Positions 19,814 to 29,897 of a stretch of 64,000 nt of DNA are shown here, piece by piece. The notes under the pieces are model-generated. The model did no database searches and had not been told where the DNA came from. It saw nothing but the letters and a program-made list of their open reading frames with translations. Position 1 is the stretch's first letter; every line of letters starts with the position of its first letter. Both the position numbers and the translations under genes were made by a program. The DNA is from Candidatus Latescibacterota bacterium (GTDB taxonomy: Bacteria > Latescibacterota > UBA2968 > GCA-2709665): contig OZ220733.1 of the NCBI GenBank assembly GCA_965116875.1, positions 640,001 through 704,000 of the forward strand, in the 5' to 3' direction.

Positions 19814-21025
19814 ATGAACGAAAAAATCGAAGAGGCCCGCCAGATTGCGCTTCGGATCTTGAAGCCGCGCAAGAAGGAACTGGAACACGGGTTGGCCCTG
19901 CACGCGGAGTCGATCGTGTGCGACACGTACGGATTCGCGCCCAGGGCAGCAATCGACGGAGACGCGATGGCGGCCGCTATCGAAGCCGGCGCTTCCGATG
20001 CGGAACTCAATGACATGAACGAAGAGATGTCGATGACCCGGTGCGCAACCGATCCGGGCGAGCGTGCGGAGTTCCAGGAAGCGTGGCGGTCGAGCGGTGT
20101 CACATGCATCGCACAGAACGCCGGAGAGGAGGGCCAGGCGCCTTTGCGGCTGATCAAGCGCCTCGCGCGGTTTACCTATGTGGCTGACGTAATGCGTGAT
20201 TTCCTGCTGCGGGCGACCACTCCGGAGGATATAGAGGCAGCCAGGATCCAGGGCAAGCAGTGTCTGTACATGAGTGGCAACGGAGTCCCGCTTTCACAGG
20301 ACTGGGTGTCCGTGGAGGAGGAACTCAGGTACATCCGAATCTTCTTTCAACTGGGGATTCGGATGATGCACCTGACGTACAACCGGCGCAATATGCTGGG
20401 AGACGGGTGCGCCGAACCTGCCAACGCGGGGTTGAGCGATTTCGGCAGATCCGTGGTCGCCGAAATGAACCGCGTCGGCGTTATCGTGGACGTGGCTCAC
20501 GCGGGCTGGCAGACCAGCCTGGAGGCGGCCAGAGCGTCCGATGCCCCGATGGTGGCAAGTCACTCGGGCTGCTGTTCCGTGAACGAACACGTGCGGTGCA
20601 AACCGGACAACGTGATCCGGGCGATCGCGGACACGGGCGGTTACGTGGGCATCTGCTGCATTCCCGCGTTCCTGGGCCGGAGCGGGGACATACTGGCGCT
20701 GCTTGATCATATCGATTATATGGTCAAAACGTTCGGGGCCGATCATGTAACGATCGGCACGGATACGGCGTACGCATCGCGGGCCTCCCAGGCGGAAAGG
20801 AGAAAGGCGCCGCGTGCCCGAGGGCGTCCCCGATGGGCGTATTTCTGGCCTCCGGACGCATTTGACGCGCACTGGCGTCAGGAAAACATGGTGAAGAGCC
20901 TGGCGTGGACCAACTGGCCGCTCTTCACGGTCGGATTGGTCCAGCGCGGGTATCCAGATGCGGATATCCGCAAGATACTGGGCGGCAATATGCTACGCGT
21001 GGCGCGCGCTGCACTGTCCGGCTGA
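19814..21025 (+). CDS. Membrane dipeptidase family (peptidase M19), atypical metal site
   Basis: GIRMMHLTYNRRN, GLSDFGRSVVAEMNRVGVIVDVAH, ASHS, DHVTIGTD, KILGGNMLRV. Confidence 0.85.
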   Translation: MNEKIEEARQIALRILKPRKKELEHGLALHAESIVCDTYGFAPRAAIDGDAMAAAIEAGASDAELNDMNEEMSMTRCATDPGERAEFQEAWRSSGVTCIAQNAGEEGQAPLRLIKRLARFTYVADVMRDFLLRATTPEDIEAARIQGKQCLYMSGNGVPLSQDWVSVEEELRYIRIFFQLGIRMMHLTYNRRNMLGDGCAEPANAGLSDFGRSVVAEMNRVGVIVDVAHAGWQTSLEAARASDAPMVASHSGCCSVNEHVRCKPDNVIRAIADTGGYVGICCIPAFLGRSGDILALLDHIDYMVKTFGADHVTIGTDTAYASRASQAERRKAPRARGRPRWAYFWPPDAFDAHWRQENMVKSLAWTNWPLFTVGLVQRGYPDADIRKILGGNMLRVARAALSG

Positions 21026-21079
21026 CGGCCGTTGACTGAATGCCAACAGGGTCCGAGCGCCTGCACAAAAGGATGTCAC

Positions 21080-22330
21080 ATGACCGGAAACGTCAACCTG
21101 TTGCGACTCTTCGTCTTCTTTTCTCTTGTTTCCCCGCATATCGCGCATGGGGAGAGCCCTGAGCTGATCTGGCGTCCGGAAGGCCCCACAACGCATCGTT
21201 CTACAGATGCCGCAGGTGCGGACTTTGACGGTGACGGTGTTGTGGGGTTTTCGGATTTCCTGTTGTTCGCCCGCAAGTTCAACACGTCGGAAGGCGACGT
21301 GGGGTACGACGCAAGGTTGGATCTGAACGGCGACGGCACCGTCAATTTTCCGGACTTCGTCTCCTTCAGCGCGGCATTCGGCGCCCGTTCCGGCGACGGG
21401 ACGTCGTCGCGATACGCCGTCTACGCGCTCGATCCTCTGCTTGGGGGGATGGCGGTCATCGATTCCGAGTCGCATCTGCTCTCGGATTACCTCAGGTTTC
21501 GGGGACCGACAGGCATTGCGGTCTCGGCGGGCGAACGGACAATCTATGTATCGGAAGGATTCGGGCTCTTCGCCATCGATGGGAATCACGAAGCGCTGTT
21601 CTCAATCCCGACGGAATCGCAGGGTCGCGTCGTGCTTGGCCCCCACGAGCGTTTCGCGTACGTGACGGAAGAACGGCACGACCGGCTTGTGGTCCTGGAC
21701 CTGGCCGCACGGGTTCCCGTGGATACGATTTCGGTAGGCGAGAGGCCGATCGACGTGGCGATTACACCGGATGGCAGGAAGCTCTACGTGGCGAACGCCG
21801 ACAGCCGCGACGTCTCGGTGATCGACGTGGAACGGGGTGAAGTCGCGAGCGCCATCATTATCGGCGGCGTCCCGGGTGAGATCGGCATTACGAAGGACGG
21901 CCGGCGGGCGTACGTGACAAACGTCGACCGCGGTGTCGTTTCGGTGCTGGATCTTGATCTGGATGAGGTCGTGAGCGGCCTGCAATTGAATGGAGATTCC
22001 GCGCGCGGGCTGGCGTTTTCGCCGGACGGCAGGACACTCTACGTGGCTTCGACCGGGACACGCTCCGGCGGTTTCCTTGTGACCATTGACGTACAACGCA
22101 ATCTGATATCCGGGCGTCTACGGGTCGGGGACGCCGCGTCCACGATCGGCGTTGCACCGGATGGTACGCGCATCTACGTCGGCACCCTGGTGCTGGACGG
22201 CGGCGGACCGGGGCTGAGCGCCATCGACCTGGAAGACGGGCGCGTTATGGGCCGGTTGCTGGGCATCGACTTCATTGCGCAGTTTGCCTTCCGCACGCTT
22301 TCGCAAAGTCAATCCGGCCGCGAGAATTAA
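21080..22330 (+). CDS. Secreted dockerin/EF-hand-like + YVTN beta-propeller protein
   Basis: Signal peptide; paired ADFDGDGVVGFSDF / DLNGDGTVNFPDF loops; repeats PDGRKLYVAN, DGRRAYVTN, SPDGRTLYV. Confidence 0.85.
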   Translation: MTGNVNLLRLFVFFSLVSPHIAHGESPELIWRPEGPTTHRSTDAAGADFDGDGVVGFSDFLLFARKFNTSEGDVGYDARLDLNGDGTVNFPDFVSFSAAFGARSGDGTSSRYAVYALDPLLGGMAVIDSESHLLSDYLRFRGPTGIAVSAGERTIYVSEGFGLFAIDGNHEALFSIPTESQGRVVLGPHERFAYVTEERHDRLVVLDLAARVPVDTISVGERPIDVAITPDGRKLYVANADSRDVSVIDVERGEVASAIIIGGVPGEIGITKDGRRAYVTNVDRGVVSVLDLDLDEVVSGLQLNGDSARGLAFSPDGRTLYVASTGTRSGGFLVTIDVQRNLISGRLRVGDAASTIGVAPDGTRIYVGTLVLDGGGPGLSAIDLEDGRVMGRLLGIDFIAQFAFRTLSQSQSGREN

Positions 22331-22376
22331 TCCTCCGCAGACCCCACCGCGACACAATCGCCGCGTCGCCGGATCC

Positions 22377-22841
22377 TCAGTCAATGCGCTTGATGATTCG
22401 GATCTTGACCCGCGCGACCCCCTCCTCCACCATCTCCAGACGACGCGCCGCACCCAGGGAAAGATCAAGAATCCGGCCTTCGATGAAGGGGCCACGGTCG
22501 TTGACCTTCACCTTGACGCTCCTTCCGTTTCCGAGATGGGTTACGTGGATGACGGTACCGAGCGGAAGCTCCCGGTGCGCCGCGGTAAGACCGTACATAT
22601 CGAAAATCTCACCGCTGGCGGTGGGACGGCCGTGGAACTTGTGCGCATAGTACGAGGCAAGCCCGACCTGAAAAGCGTCTTTGGTGGAGATAACGGGAGC
22701 ATCGACGGTCGTCTTTTCGGAGTCTGTCCCCTGGGGCGGGGTACGATATCTCGGCCGGGAGAAACAACCTGAAGTCAGGCCGATTGCAAAGATCAGGAGT
22801 ACGTGAATTGCAGCGCGGTCAGTTCCGCGGCCCGGTTTCAA
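22377..22841 (-). CDS. rlpA: Septal ring lytic transglycosylase RlpA family lipoprotein
   Basis: Lipobox-like LTSGC; GLASYY, TASGEIFDM..LTAAHRELPLGT, VNDRGPF..RILDLS; start uncertain. Confidence 0.85.
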   Translation of the reverse strand: MKPGRGTDRAAIHVLLIFAIGLTSGCFSRPRYRTPPQGTDSEKTTVDAPVISTKDAFQVGLASYYAHKFHGRPTASGEIFDMYGLTAAHRELPLGTVIHVTHLGNGRSVKVKVNDRGPFIEGRILDLSLGAARRLEMVEEGVARVKIRIIKRID

Positions 22842-23775
22842 ACGAACCCACGAGGTCTGATATGCGCCCGATCCGGTGGCTCCGGCAGTATTCGGCGATG
22901 CCATCGACGATCTCCAGGGCAGCCCAGGGGTTGATGAAGGTGGTGGTCCCAATCTGTACGGCCGATGCGCCAACGATGAGAAACTCGATTGCGTCCCGGG
23001 CGGTTGCAATGCCGCCCATGCCGACTATGGGAATTGATACCGTGTCGGCAACCCTCCACACCATCGCCAGCGCAACCGGCTTGATGGCGGGTCCGGAAAG
23101 GCCGCCGGTGACGTTTCCCAGAACGGGGCGCCGGGCGCCGGCGTCCACGGCCAGGCCAAGCAGGGTGTTGATCAGAGCGATACTGTCCGCGCCGCCTTCT
23201 TCCACGGCCGCCGCCACCGCGGCGATGTCGGTTACATTGGGCGTGAGCTTGACGATGACGGGAAGCCTGGAGACCGCCTTCACTGCCGAGGTGACATCAT
23301 GCGCGGCCTGCTCCCGGCATCCGAACAGCTGCCCGCCGTCCTTCATATTGGGCGACGAGATGTTCAGTTCAAGAGCGTCTATGCCCCGAAGATCGTTGAA
23401 CCGCCGCGCCATCTCGGCGAATTCGTCTTTGGAGGTGCCTGCGATGCTGACAATGCGCGCTGTTGGAAGCGACTGTAACGGCGGGACCTTTTCGGCAATA
23501 AAGGCGTCGAGGCCGGGATTCGTGAGGCCGATGGAATTGAGCATTCCGGAAGGAGTTTCCGCGGTGCGGGGGGCGCTGTTGCCGGCGCGGGGATGACGGG
23601 TTATGGTTTTCGTAACCACACCGCCGACCCCTGCGAAGTCGAACATACCCTCGTATTCTGCTCCGTGCCCGATGGTTCCCGATGCCATCATCACAGGATT
23701 TCTGATGGTCAGGCCGCCGCCGATGTGCGTGGAGAGATTCATGGTCATTGTGGGATGGAATTCCGCAAGAGGCAT
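22819..23775 (-). CDS. pyrD: Dihydroorotate dehydrogenase family 1B catalytic subunit
   Basis: NPVMMASGT, GMLNSIGLTNPG, ELNISSPN, VKLTPNVTDI, GGLSGPAIKP; adjacent to pyrK. Confidence 0.92.
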   Translation of the reverse strand: MPLAEFHPTMTMNLSTHIGGGLTIRNPVMMASGTIGHGAEYEGMFDFAGVGGVVTKTITRHPRAGNSAPRTAETPSGMLNSIGLTNPGLDAFIAEKVPPLQSLPTARIVSIAGTSKDEFAEMARRFNDLRGIDALELNISSPNMKDGGQLFGCREQAAHDVTSAVKAVSRLPVIVKLTPNVTDIAAVAAAVEEGGADSIALINTLLGLAVDAGARRPVLGNVTGGLSGPAIKPVALAMVWRVADTVSIPIVGMGGIATARDAIEFLIVGASAVQIGTTTFINPWAALEIVDGIAEYCRSHRIGRISDLVGSFETGPRN

Positions 23776-23820
23776 CGCCTGACCACGGGCGTACTCCCCG
23801 ACGGGCCGGTCAGGCGCCTC

Positions 23821-24615
23821 TTACCAGACGATCGCGTGGGCATCCACCACCGGTCCTTCAATGCAGACCCGTCGGTATCGATGGTCTTCCCTCTCCGCGT
23901 CCCGGTATTCCACCACACAACCCACACACGCGCCGAATCCACAGGCCATATGGTTCTCCAGGGACGCCTGGCACGGCAGACGAAGCTCTGCCGCGATTTC
24001 GGCGACACGCGCCATCATGGCGTGTGGACCGCACGTAAGCACCCGGGTTCCGTCCTGCTGCACATGCTCCGGAATCAGGTCCGTTACCGGGCCCCTGTGC
24101 CCGAGGCTGCCGTCGTCCGTGGCCAGCCATCGACGCAGATCGGATGGAATCACACGATCCATCTCGGGCATCCGGTCCCTGCTCGCCGCCCCCATCAGGA
24201 ATACCATGTCATTCCGGCGTTCTCTGTGGAACCAGGCCATGAATGCGAGCGGCACCAGTCCGACCCCTCCGGCGACGAGCAGCAGGCGGCGGGTAACGGG
24301 GGGGACAAAGGGTCGTCCGAGCGGGCCGAGGACGTCGAGGCGATGACCGGGCGCGGCGTCAGCCATCCGTCGAGTGCCTTCTCCGATCGCGTCGTAGACC
24401 ACCTCTATGGAACCCGCTTCAGGGTCCGTGCGAAGTGCGCTGAACGGACGTCGAAGATACGGCGACTGACCCGGGTCGGTGCGGATCTGAACGAATTGGG
24501 CGGGACGACACCTCCGGGCGACTCCCGGCGCTTGCAGGCGCATCAGGTAGACGTTCCGCGCAATCTGCTCGTTGTCGAGGACGACGGCGTTTTCCTGGAA
24601 GAATTGAGGAATCAT
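23821..24615 (-). CDS. pyrK: Dihydroorotate dehydrogenase electron transfer subunit
   Basis: LRRPFS, GPLG, AGGVG, CGP, MACGFGACVGC...VCIEGPV [2Fe-2S] motif. Confidence 0.92.
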   Translation of the reverse strand: MIPQFFQENAVVLDNEQIARNVYLMRLQAPGVARRCRPAQFVQIRTDPGQSPYLRRPFSALRTDPEAGSIEVVYDAIGEGTRRMADAAPGHRLDVLGPLGRPFVPPVTRRLLLVAGGVGLVPLAFMAWFHRERRNDMVFLMGAASRDRMPEMDRVIPSDLRRWLATDDGSLGHRGPVTDLIPEHVQQDGTRVLTCGPHAMMARVAEIAAELRLPCQASLENHMACGFGACVGCVVEYRDAEREDHRYRRVCIEGPVVDAHAIVW

Positions 24616-24670
24616 TGGACGAAAGCGTCACCCGCGCATACCGGTATTCTTTGAATGACTGCAAGAGTTG

Positions 24671-26461
24671 TCAAGGGGACTGATTCTCATGCTGGTTTTC
24701 GGATTCCCGCCGGCGTTTATCGCCCTTCCGGTCGACCGGGGTCGTGCGGTCGGTTCCACCAGATGCCTCCGCGTCAGCATCGGATTGCGCGATGACGTTC
24801 AGGAAATCGCCCTTGAGGCTCTTCGACGCGAGTTCCGCGAATTCGGTGAGCGGATAGCCGACCACGAGTTGCTGGTAATAGACCCTCGCGGAATCGGGGT
24901 TCTCCAGGCGGTTCGCATGGGTCCACGCGATGGTATACAGGGCTCTGGCCGCAAAGGGACTGTTCGGATGATCCGATGGTAACTGCCTGAGGATGTCCAG
25001 GTAGCCGGACGGGTTGACCCCACCGGCCATCAGCGTCTCGGCCTCGCGAAACCGCGCTTCCGCCCTCTCGTCGTCCTCGAGGGCCTGCGCCAGCCGCTGA
25101 CGTGCACTCACGGCGTAGTGGTTGACGGGGTACGTATCGATCAGTTTCCGGAACGTCTTCTCAGCCGCTTCCTGGTTCTTCAGACTGTCCGCGTAGATCA
25201 GGCCAATGGCATACAGGGCCTTCGGCGCCAGTTCCGTATCCAGGCTGTCCGCAATTTCGTATGCCCTGCGATACGTGGCGAGCGCGGAATCCGGTTCCGA
25301 GAAGTTGAACAGATACATTTCCGCCACGTTGAATAACGCCTTGAGGCCCTTTTTCTTTCCCTTGGCTGCCGCCTTTTGGTACCGCTCCAGCTTGCCCAGG
25401 TCCTTTTCACGGTCTCTGGCAGCCCTTCCTGGGTCGGAACCGGGTTTTTCCTTTCGGGCGCTGGCGAAAAGCTCTTTCGCCTTTTCCATGTCTCTTTGTG
25501 ACGTTTGCGCCACCATAGCCAACCGGTAGTAGGCTTCGGCGCTGTATTCGGTCTTCGGGTTGCGCTCGATGACTTCATTGTAGATCTCAGCGGCGACTTC
25601 CTGGTTACCCATGAGCTGGTACACATTTGCCTGTTTGAGATGGACTTCGGGCTCATACGATCTCAGGCTCTTGATCTTCAATATGCGGTTGTACGTTGCC
25701 AGCACTTCGTCCAGTTTTCCCTGACGTTCGAGAATGCTGCCGATCTGGAGGCGGGTCTCGAAATTGATCTTGTTCTTCGGTTTCGACTTCAATACGCGGC
25801 GATAGGCCAGCAGGGCGTCATCATACTGTTCCAGGTGAAACCTGGCATTGCCGATGCCTTGCCATATTTTCGTGGCGAGGCCCCTGGGCCTGGTCTCCAG
25901 AAGCTTCTGATACGCATCGATGGCGGCGGCGTAGTCGCCGGCTTCGGCTTCCAGTTCGGCCAGCGCGAGCCGGGCCTTCCCGGTAAACTGCGGATCGGCG
26001 CTCTCGCCGACGCCGGCCAGTACCGGGCGCGCTTCTTCGGCCCTTCCGGCCGCCCAGAGCGACAACCCCTTCCAGTAGCGGGCTTCGGTGAGCAGCAGGC
26101 TTTCCGGGAAATTGTCCTGCAGTTCCTGGAACTTCAGCAAAGCGTCGCCGTAGCTGCCGCGCCTGTAGAAGGCCTTGCCGATCAGCAGCAGGCTGTCGTC
26201 CACCCACTTGCTGTCGGGATGCCGGTCGAGGACGATGGAAGCTTTGAGTATGGCCCGCATATAGAGTTCGCGGTACCGCAACGTCATCTGTCGGCTCCGA
26301 TGGATTGTGGCGGATACGTTCTCGGCTTCCTCTCTCTTGCGTTCCGCATCCAGGTACTGCTTTTTGGCGTTGTAGAACGTGTTGTAATAGACACATCCGG
26401 AAGCCAGGATACCGGCAAGCAGGATGACGCAGGGCAGCAGGATCTTCCGGTTTGAATTCAT
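24671..26461 (-). CDS. TPR-repeat lipoprotein
   Basis: Lipobox LASGC followed by VYYNTFYNAK, SKWVDDSLLLIGKA and many TPRs. Confidence 0.85.
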   Translation of the reverse strand: MNSNRKILLPCVILLAGILASGCVYYNTFYNAKKQYLDAERKREEAENVSATIHRSRQMTLRYRELYMRAILKASIVLDRHPDSKWVDDSLLLIGKAFYRRGSYGDALLKFQELQDNFPESLLLTEARYWKGLSLWAAGRAEEARPVLAGVGESADPQFTGKARLALAELEAEAGDYAAAIDAYQKLLETRPRGLATKIWQGIGNARFHLEQYDDALLAYRRVLKSKPKNKINFETRLQIGSILERQGKLDEVLATYNRILKIKSLRSYEPEVHLKQANVYQLMGNQEVAAEIYNEVIERNPKTEYSAEAYYRLAMVAQTSQRDMEKAKELFASARKEKPGSDPGRAARDREKDLGKLERYQKAAAKGKKKGLKALFNVAEMYLFNFSEPDSALATYRRAYEIADSLDTELAPKALYAIGLIYADSLKNQEAAEKTFRKLIDTYPVNHYAVSARQRLAQALEDDERAEARFREAETLMAGGVNPSGYLDILRQLPSDHPNSPFAARALYTIAWTHANRLENPDSARVYYQQLVVGYPLTEFAELASKSLKGDFLNVIAQSDADAEASGGTDRTTPVDRKGDKRRRESENQHENQSP

Positions 26462-28290
26462 GCGTTGTCTCGCCCCTCCTTCCCGTGGAATTCCTGGAGT
26501 GAACGAATTCGGACCGCGCCGTTTCTCTTGAGGGATTCGATGCCGGCCACCGCAGCAGATGCCCCCGCCAGCGTGGTCGTGTACGGGATGCCGTATTGAA
26601 GCGTGGCCTGGCGAATTCTGTGATCGTCGGCTTGCGCGGCCTCACCGGCCGGCGTGTTTACCATCAGGACGATCGTCCTGTTCTTAATGGCGTCCAGAAT
26701 ATTGGGACGGCCCTGCTGGATTTTGAGAATGGACTCGGCGAGAATATCGTGAGCCTTGAGCCGGGCGTGGGTGCCGCGGGTCGCGACAATCCGGAATCCA
26801 AGCTCCGACAGCCGCCGGGCGATGGGTATCACAGCCTCTTTGTCCCGGTCATTGACAGAGATAAACACGGCGCCGGAAGTGGGCAGCCGCACGCCTGCGC
26901 CGAACTGCGCCTTGTGGAAGCTCAGGCCGAAGTCCGTGTCGATACCCATCACCTCGCCCGTGGACTTCATCTCGGGACCCAGCAGCGTATCCACGCCGGG
27001 AAACTTGGCGAAGGGCAATACAGCTTCCTTGACGGCGATGTGATCGAAGGAGATTTCTCCGGTCAGCCCCTGTTCCTTCAGGGACCGGCCCACCATCGCG
27101 CGCGCCGCCACTTTGGCCAGGGGGACGCCGATCGTTTTTGAAACAAAGGGTACCGTCCGGCTGGCGCGCGGATTGACCTCGATAATGTAGACCTGATTGT
27201 CCTGCAGGGCGAACTGTACGTTCATCAGCCCCACAACGTTCAAAGCGTCGGCCAGCGCGTGTGTATGGGAACGGAGTTCATCGAGGCGTTCCCCTGAAAT
27301 GTCGTAGGGCGGCAGCACGCAGGCGCTGTCGCCCGAATGCACGCCGGCGCTTTCTATGTGCTGCATGATGCCGCCGATCACGACCGAAGTATCGTCCGCC
27401 ACGGCGTCCACGTCAAACTCATGGGCGTCTTCGAGAAAACGGTCGATGAGGATGGGATGCTCCGGCGATGCCTGGATCGCCTTTTCCATATAGCTGAGAA
27501 GCGCATTGCGTTCGTAAACGATGACCATGGCCCGCCCGCCGAGGACGTAAGAGGGCCGGACAAGCACCGGATAGCCGATGTCGTCCGCCACGGCGACGGC
27601 CTCGTCAACGCTGGTGGCCGTTCCGTTTTCGGGCTGGGAAATGCCGAGTTGCCTGATAAGCGCACCGAATCGCTTGCGGTCTTCGGCCAGATCGATGCTG
27701 TCGGGAGACGTGCCGACAATGTTGACGCCGCCCCGCTCCAGGTCGCGAGCGAGGTTCAGCGGCGTCTGTCCCCCGAGCTGTACGATGACCCCGTCGGGTT
27801 CTTCCAGATGCGCGATGTTCAGTACGTCTTCGGCCGTGAGCGGCTCGAAGTAGAGTTTGTCGGATGTGTCGTAATCGGTGCTTACGGTTTCGGGGTTCGA
27901 GTTGACCATTATTGTCTCATAGCCGTCTTCCTTCAGCGCGAACGCCGCGTGTACACAGCAGTAGTCGAACTCGATGCCCTGCCCGATGCGGTTCGGGCCG
28001 CCGCCCAGGATCATGATTTTGGGCCGCTCCGAGCGGACGGCCTCGTTTTCGTCTTCGTAAGTCGAATAGTGGTACGGCGTATATGCTTCGAACTCGGCGG
28101 CGCATGTGTCGATGGTTTTATATACCGCCTGGATATTCAGTTCTCTACGGAGGGCCCTTACGGTCCATTCACTGGAGTTCCAGAGGTGGGCAAGCTGCCG
28201 GTCGCTGAAACCGAATTGTTTGGCCTTAATGAGATCCGTGCGGGCGATTCGGGCTCGCAGGTCTTCCAGGGTTCTCTGTTTCCGGTGCAT
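26458..28290 (-). CDS. carB: Carbamoyl-phosphate synthase large subunit, C-terminal part
   Basis: AKQFGFSDRQLA, YKTIDTCAAEF, GGPNRIGQGIEFDYCCVH, second ATP-grasp and MGS domain; in frame with the upstream part. Confidence 0.88.
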   Translation of the reverse strand: MHRKQRTLEDLRARIARTDLIKAKQFGFSDRQLAHLWNSSEWTVRALRRELNIQAVYKTIDTCAAEFEAYTPYHYSTYEDENEAVRSERPKIMILGGGPNRIGQGIEFDYCCVHAAFALKEDGYETIMVNSNPETVSTDYDTSDKLYFEPLTAEDVLNIAHLEEPDGVIVQLGGQTPLNLARDLERGGVNIVGTSPDSIDLAEDRKRFGALIRQLGISQPENGTATSVDEAVAVADDIGYPVLVRPSYVLGGRAMVIVYERNALLSYMEKAIQASPEHPILIDRFLEDAHEFDVDAVADDTSVVIGGIMQHIESAGVHSGDSACVLPPYDISGERLDELRSHTHALADALNVVGLMNVQFALQDNQVYIIEVNPRASRTVPFVSKTIGVPLAKVAARAMVGRSLKEQGLTGEISFDHIAVKEAVLPFAKFPGVDTLLGPEMKSTGEVMGIDTDFGLSFHKAQFGAGVRLPTSGAVFISVNDRDKEAVIPIARRLSELGFRIVATRGTHARLKAHDILAESILKIQQGRPNILDAIKNRTIVLMVNTPAGEAAQADDHRIRQATLQYGIPYTTTLAGASAAVAGIESLKRNGAVRIRSLQEFHGKEGRDNA

Positions 28291-28311
28291 ACGGCTGTCA
28301 AACTCCGGGAA

Positions 28312-29760
28312 CTACGCGACGAGTCCCGCGAGTTCCTTTTCGAATTCGGTGATCTGCCGCAGGTTCTCGAGGAACCACGGGTCGATACCCGTCAGATCGT
28401 ACAGTTCGGATAGCGGCCAACCCGCCTCCAGTGCGGCCTTGAGATAGAAGAGTCTCTGGGAATTGGGTACTCGCAGCCTGTGCTCGATCACGGCACGGTC
28501 GAGTTCGGAGACTGCCAGGTCCTTCCCGTCGCCCCCGAATCCCGCGCGGCCGATTTCAAGGGACCGCAGGCCCTTCTGAAAGGCCTCTTTGAACGTCCGG
28601 CCGATGGCCATGGTTTCACCCACCGACTTCATCTGGGTGCCAAGGAGATCTTCCGTCTGGGGGAACTTTTCAAAGGTCCACCGTGGAATCTTGACCACGC
28701 AATAGTCGATGGTTGGCTCGAATGAGGCGGGCGTTTCACGGGTGATGTCGTTCCGGATTTCATCCAGGGTGTATCCCACTGCGAGCTTTGCGGCGATCTT
28801 CGCGATGGGGAACCCCGTGGCCTTCGAGGCCAGCGCGGAACTCCGGGACACCCGCGGGTTCATTTCGATGATGACGATACGTCCATCCTCCGGATTCAGC
28901 GCGAACTGAATATTGGACCCGCCCGTTTCCACGCCGATTTCCCGGATAACGGCGATGGATGCGTCCCGCATGGCCTGATACTCTCTGTCGGTCAGGGTCT
29001 GCGCCGGCGCTACCGTAATGGAGTCGCCGGTGTGGATTCCCATGGGATCGAAATTCTCTATGGAACAGATGATCACCACGTTGTCGTTCAGATCGCGCAT
29101 GACCTCCAACTCGAACTCTTTCCACCCGATGATGGACTCTTCGACCAGTATTTCCGTTGTGGGCGAGAGGTCCAGCCCCCGGACCGCGAGATGCTCGTAC
29201 TCTTCGGCGTTATAGGCCGTGCCCCCGCCGGTGCCTCCAAGCGTATAGGACGGACGAATAATGGCGGGATAGCCGATTTCGTCGACAATGTCGCGGGCTT
29301 CTTCCGGGCTGTGCGCAAATCTTCCTTTTGGAAATTCCACGCCGATACCGGCCATTGCGGCCTGGAAGCGTTCCCTGTTTTCGGCCTTCTCTATGGCTTC
29401 GGCATTCGCGCCGATCATCTCCACGTTGAATTCATCCAGAACGCCGCCGTTATAGAGCTCCATGGCAACGTTCAGTCCGGTCTGTCCGCCAAGCGTGGGA
29501 AGAAGCGCCTGTGGGCGCTCCCGTTCAATGATGGCCGCGCAAACCTCCGGCGCAACCGGTTCCACGTAGGTCCGGTCCGCCATTTCCGGATCCGTCATAA
29601 TCGTAGCCGGATTGCTGTTCAGCAAGACAACCGTATATCCCTCTTCCTTCAGGGCCTTGCATGCCTGCGCGCCGGAATAGTCGAACTCACAGGCCTGGCC
29701 GATCACGATCGGGCCGGACCCGATGAGCATGATCTTCTGAATGTCGTTGCGTCTGGGCAT
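28312..29760 (-). CDS. carB: Carbamoyl-phosphate synthase large subunit, N-terminal part
   Basis: [30 protein letters not shown]; first ATP-grasp; ends at TAG after 482 aa. Confidence 0.9.
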   Translation of the reverse strand: MPRRNDIQKIMLIGSGPIVIGQACEFDYSGAQACKALKEEGYTVVLLNSNPATIMTDPEMADRTYVEPVAPEVCAAIIERERPQALLPTLGGQTGLNVAMELYNGGVLDEFNVEMIGANAEAIEKAENRERFQAAMAGIGVEFPKGRFAHSPEEARDIVDEIGYPAIIRPSYTLGGTGGGTAYNAEEYEHLAVRGLDLSPTTEILVEESIIGWKEFELEVMRDLNDNVVIICSIENFDPMGIHTGDSITVAPAQTLTDREYQAMRDASIAVIREIGVETGGSNIQFALNPEDGRIVIIEMNPRVSRSSALASKATGFPIAKIAAKLAVGYTLDEIRNDITRETPASFEPTIDYCVVKIPRWTFEKFPQTEDLLGTQMKSVGETMAIGRTFKEAFQKGLRSLEIGRAGFGGDGKDLAVSELDRAVIEHRLRVPNSQRLFYLKAALEAGWPLSELYDLTGIDPWFLENLRQITEFEKELAGLVA

Positions 29761-29823
29761 CGTTGCAGGAAAGGTCTCCGTCTATGATCCGGATACAGGC
29801 GACGGTGGTTCATCAGCTTCTTA

Positions 29824-29868
29824 GAAAAAAGCCTGCGGCTGTCCTTGAAAAAGGCGGATGCTCGCAGG
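29824..29868 (-). terminator. Intrinsic terminator-like hairpin just upstream of carB
   Basis: Minus strand GCCTGCG...CGCAGGC followed by a T run. Confidence 0.5.
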
Positions 29869-29897
29869 CGGTGTGGAACCGTATGGCAAACTGCGTC

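Noticed and set aside
28312-28314. Genome-wide amber reassignment or pyrrolysine
   Set aside because: TAG terminates other intact genes here (flotillin, gltX, cupin) and no pyl genes are in the window.
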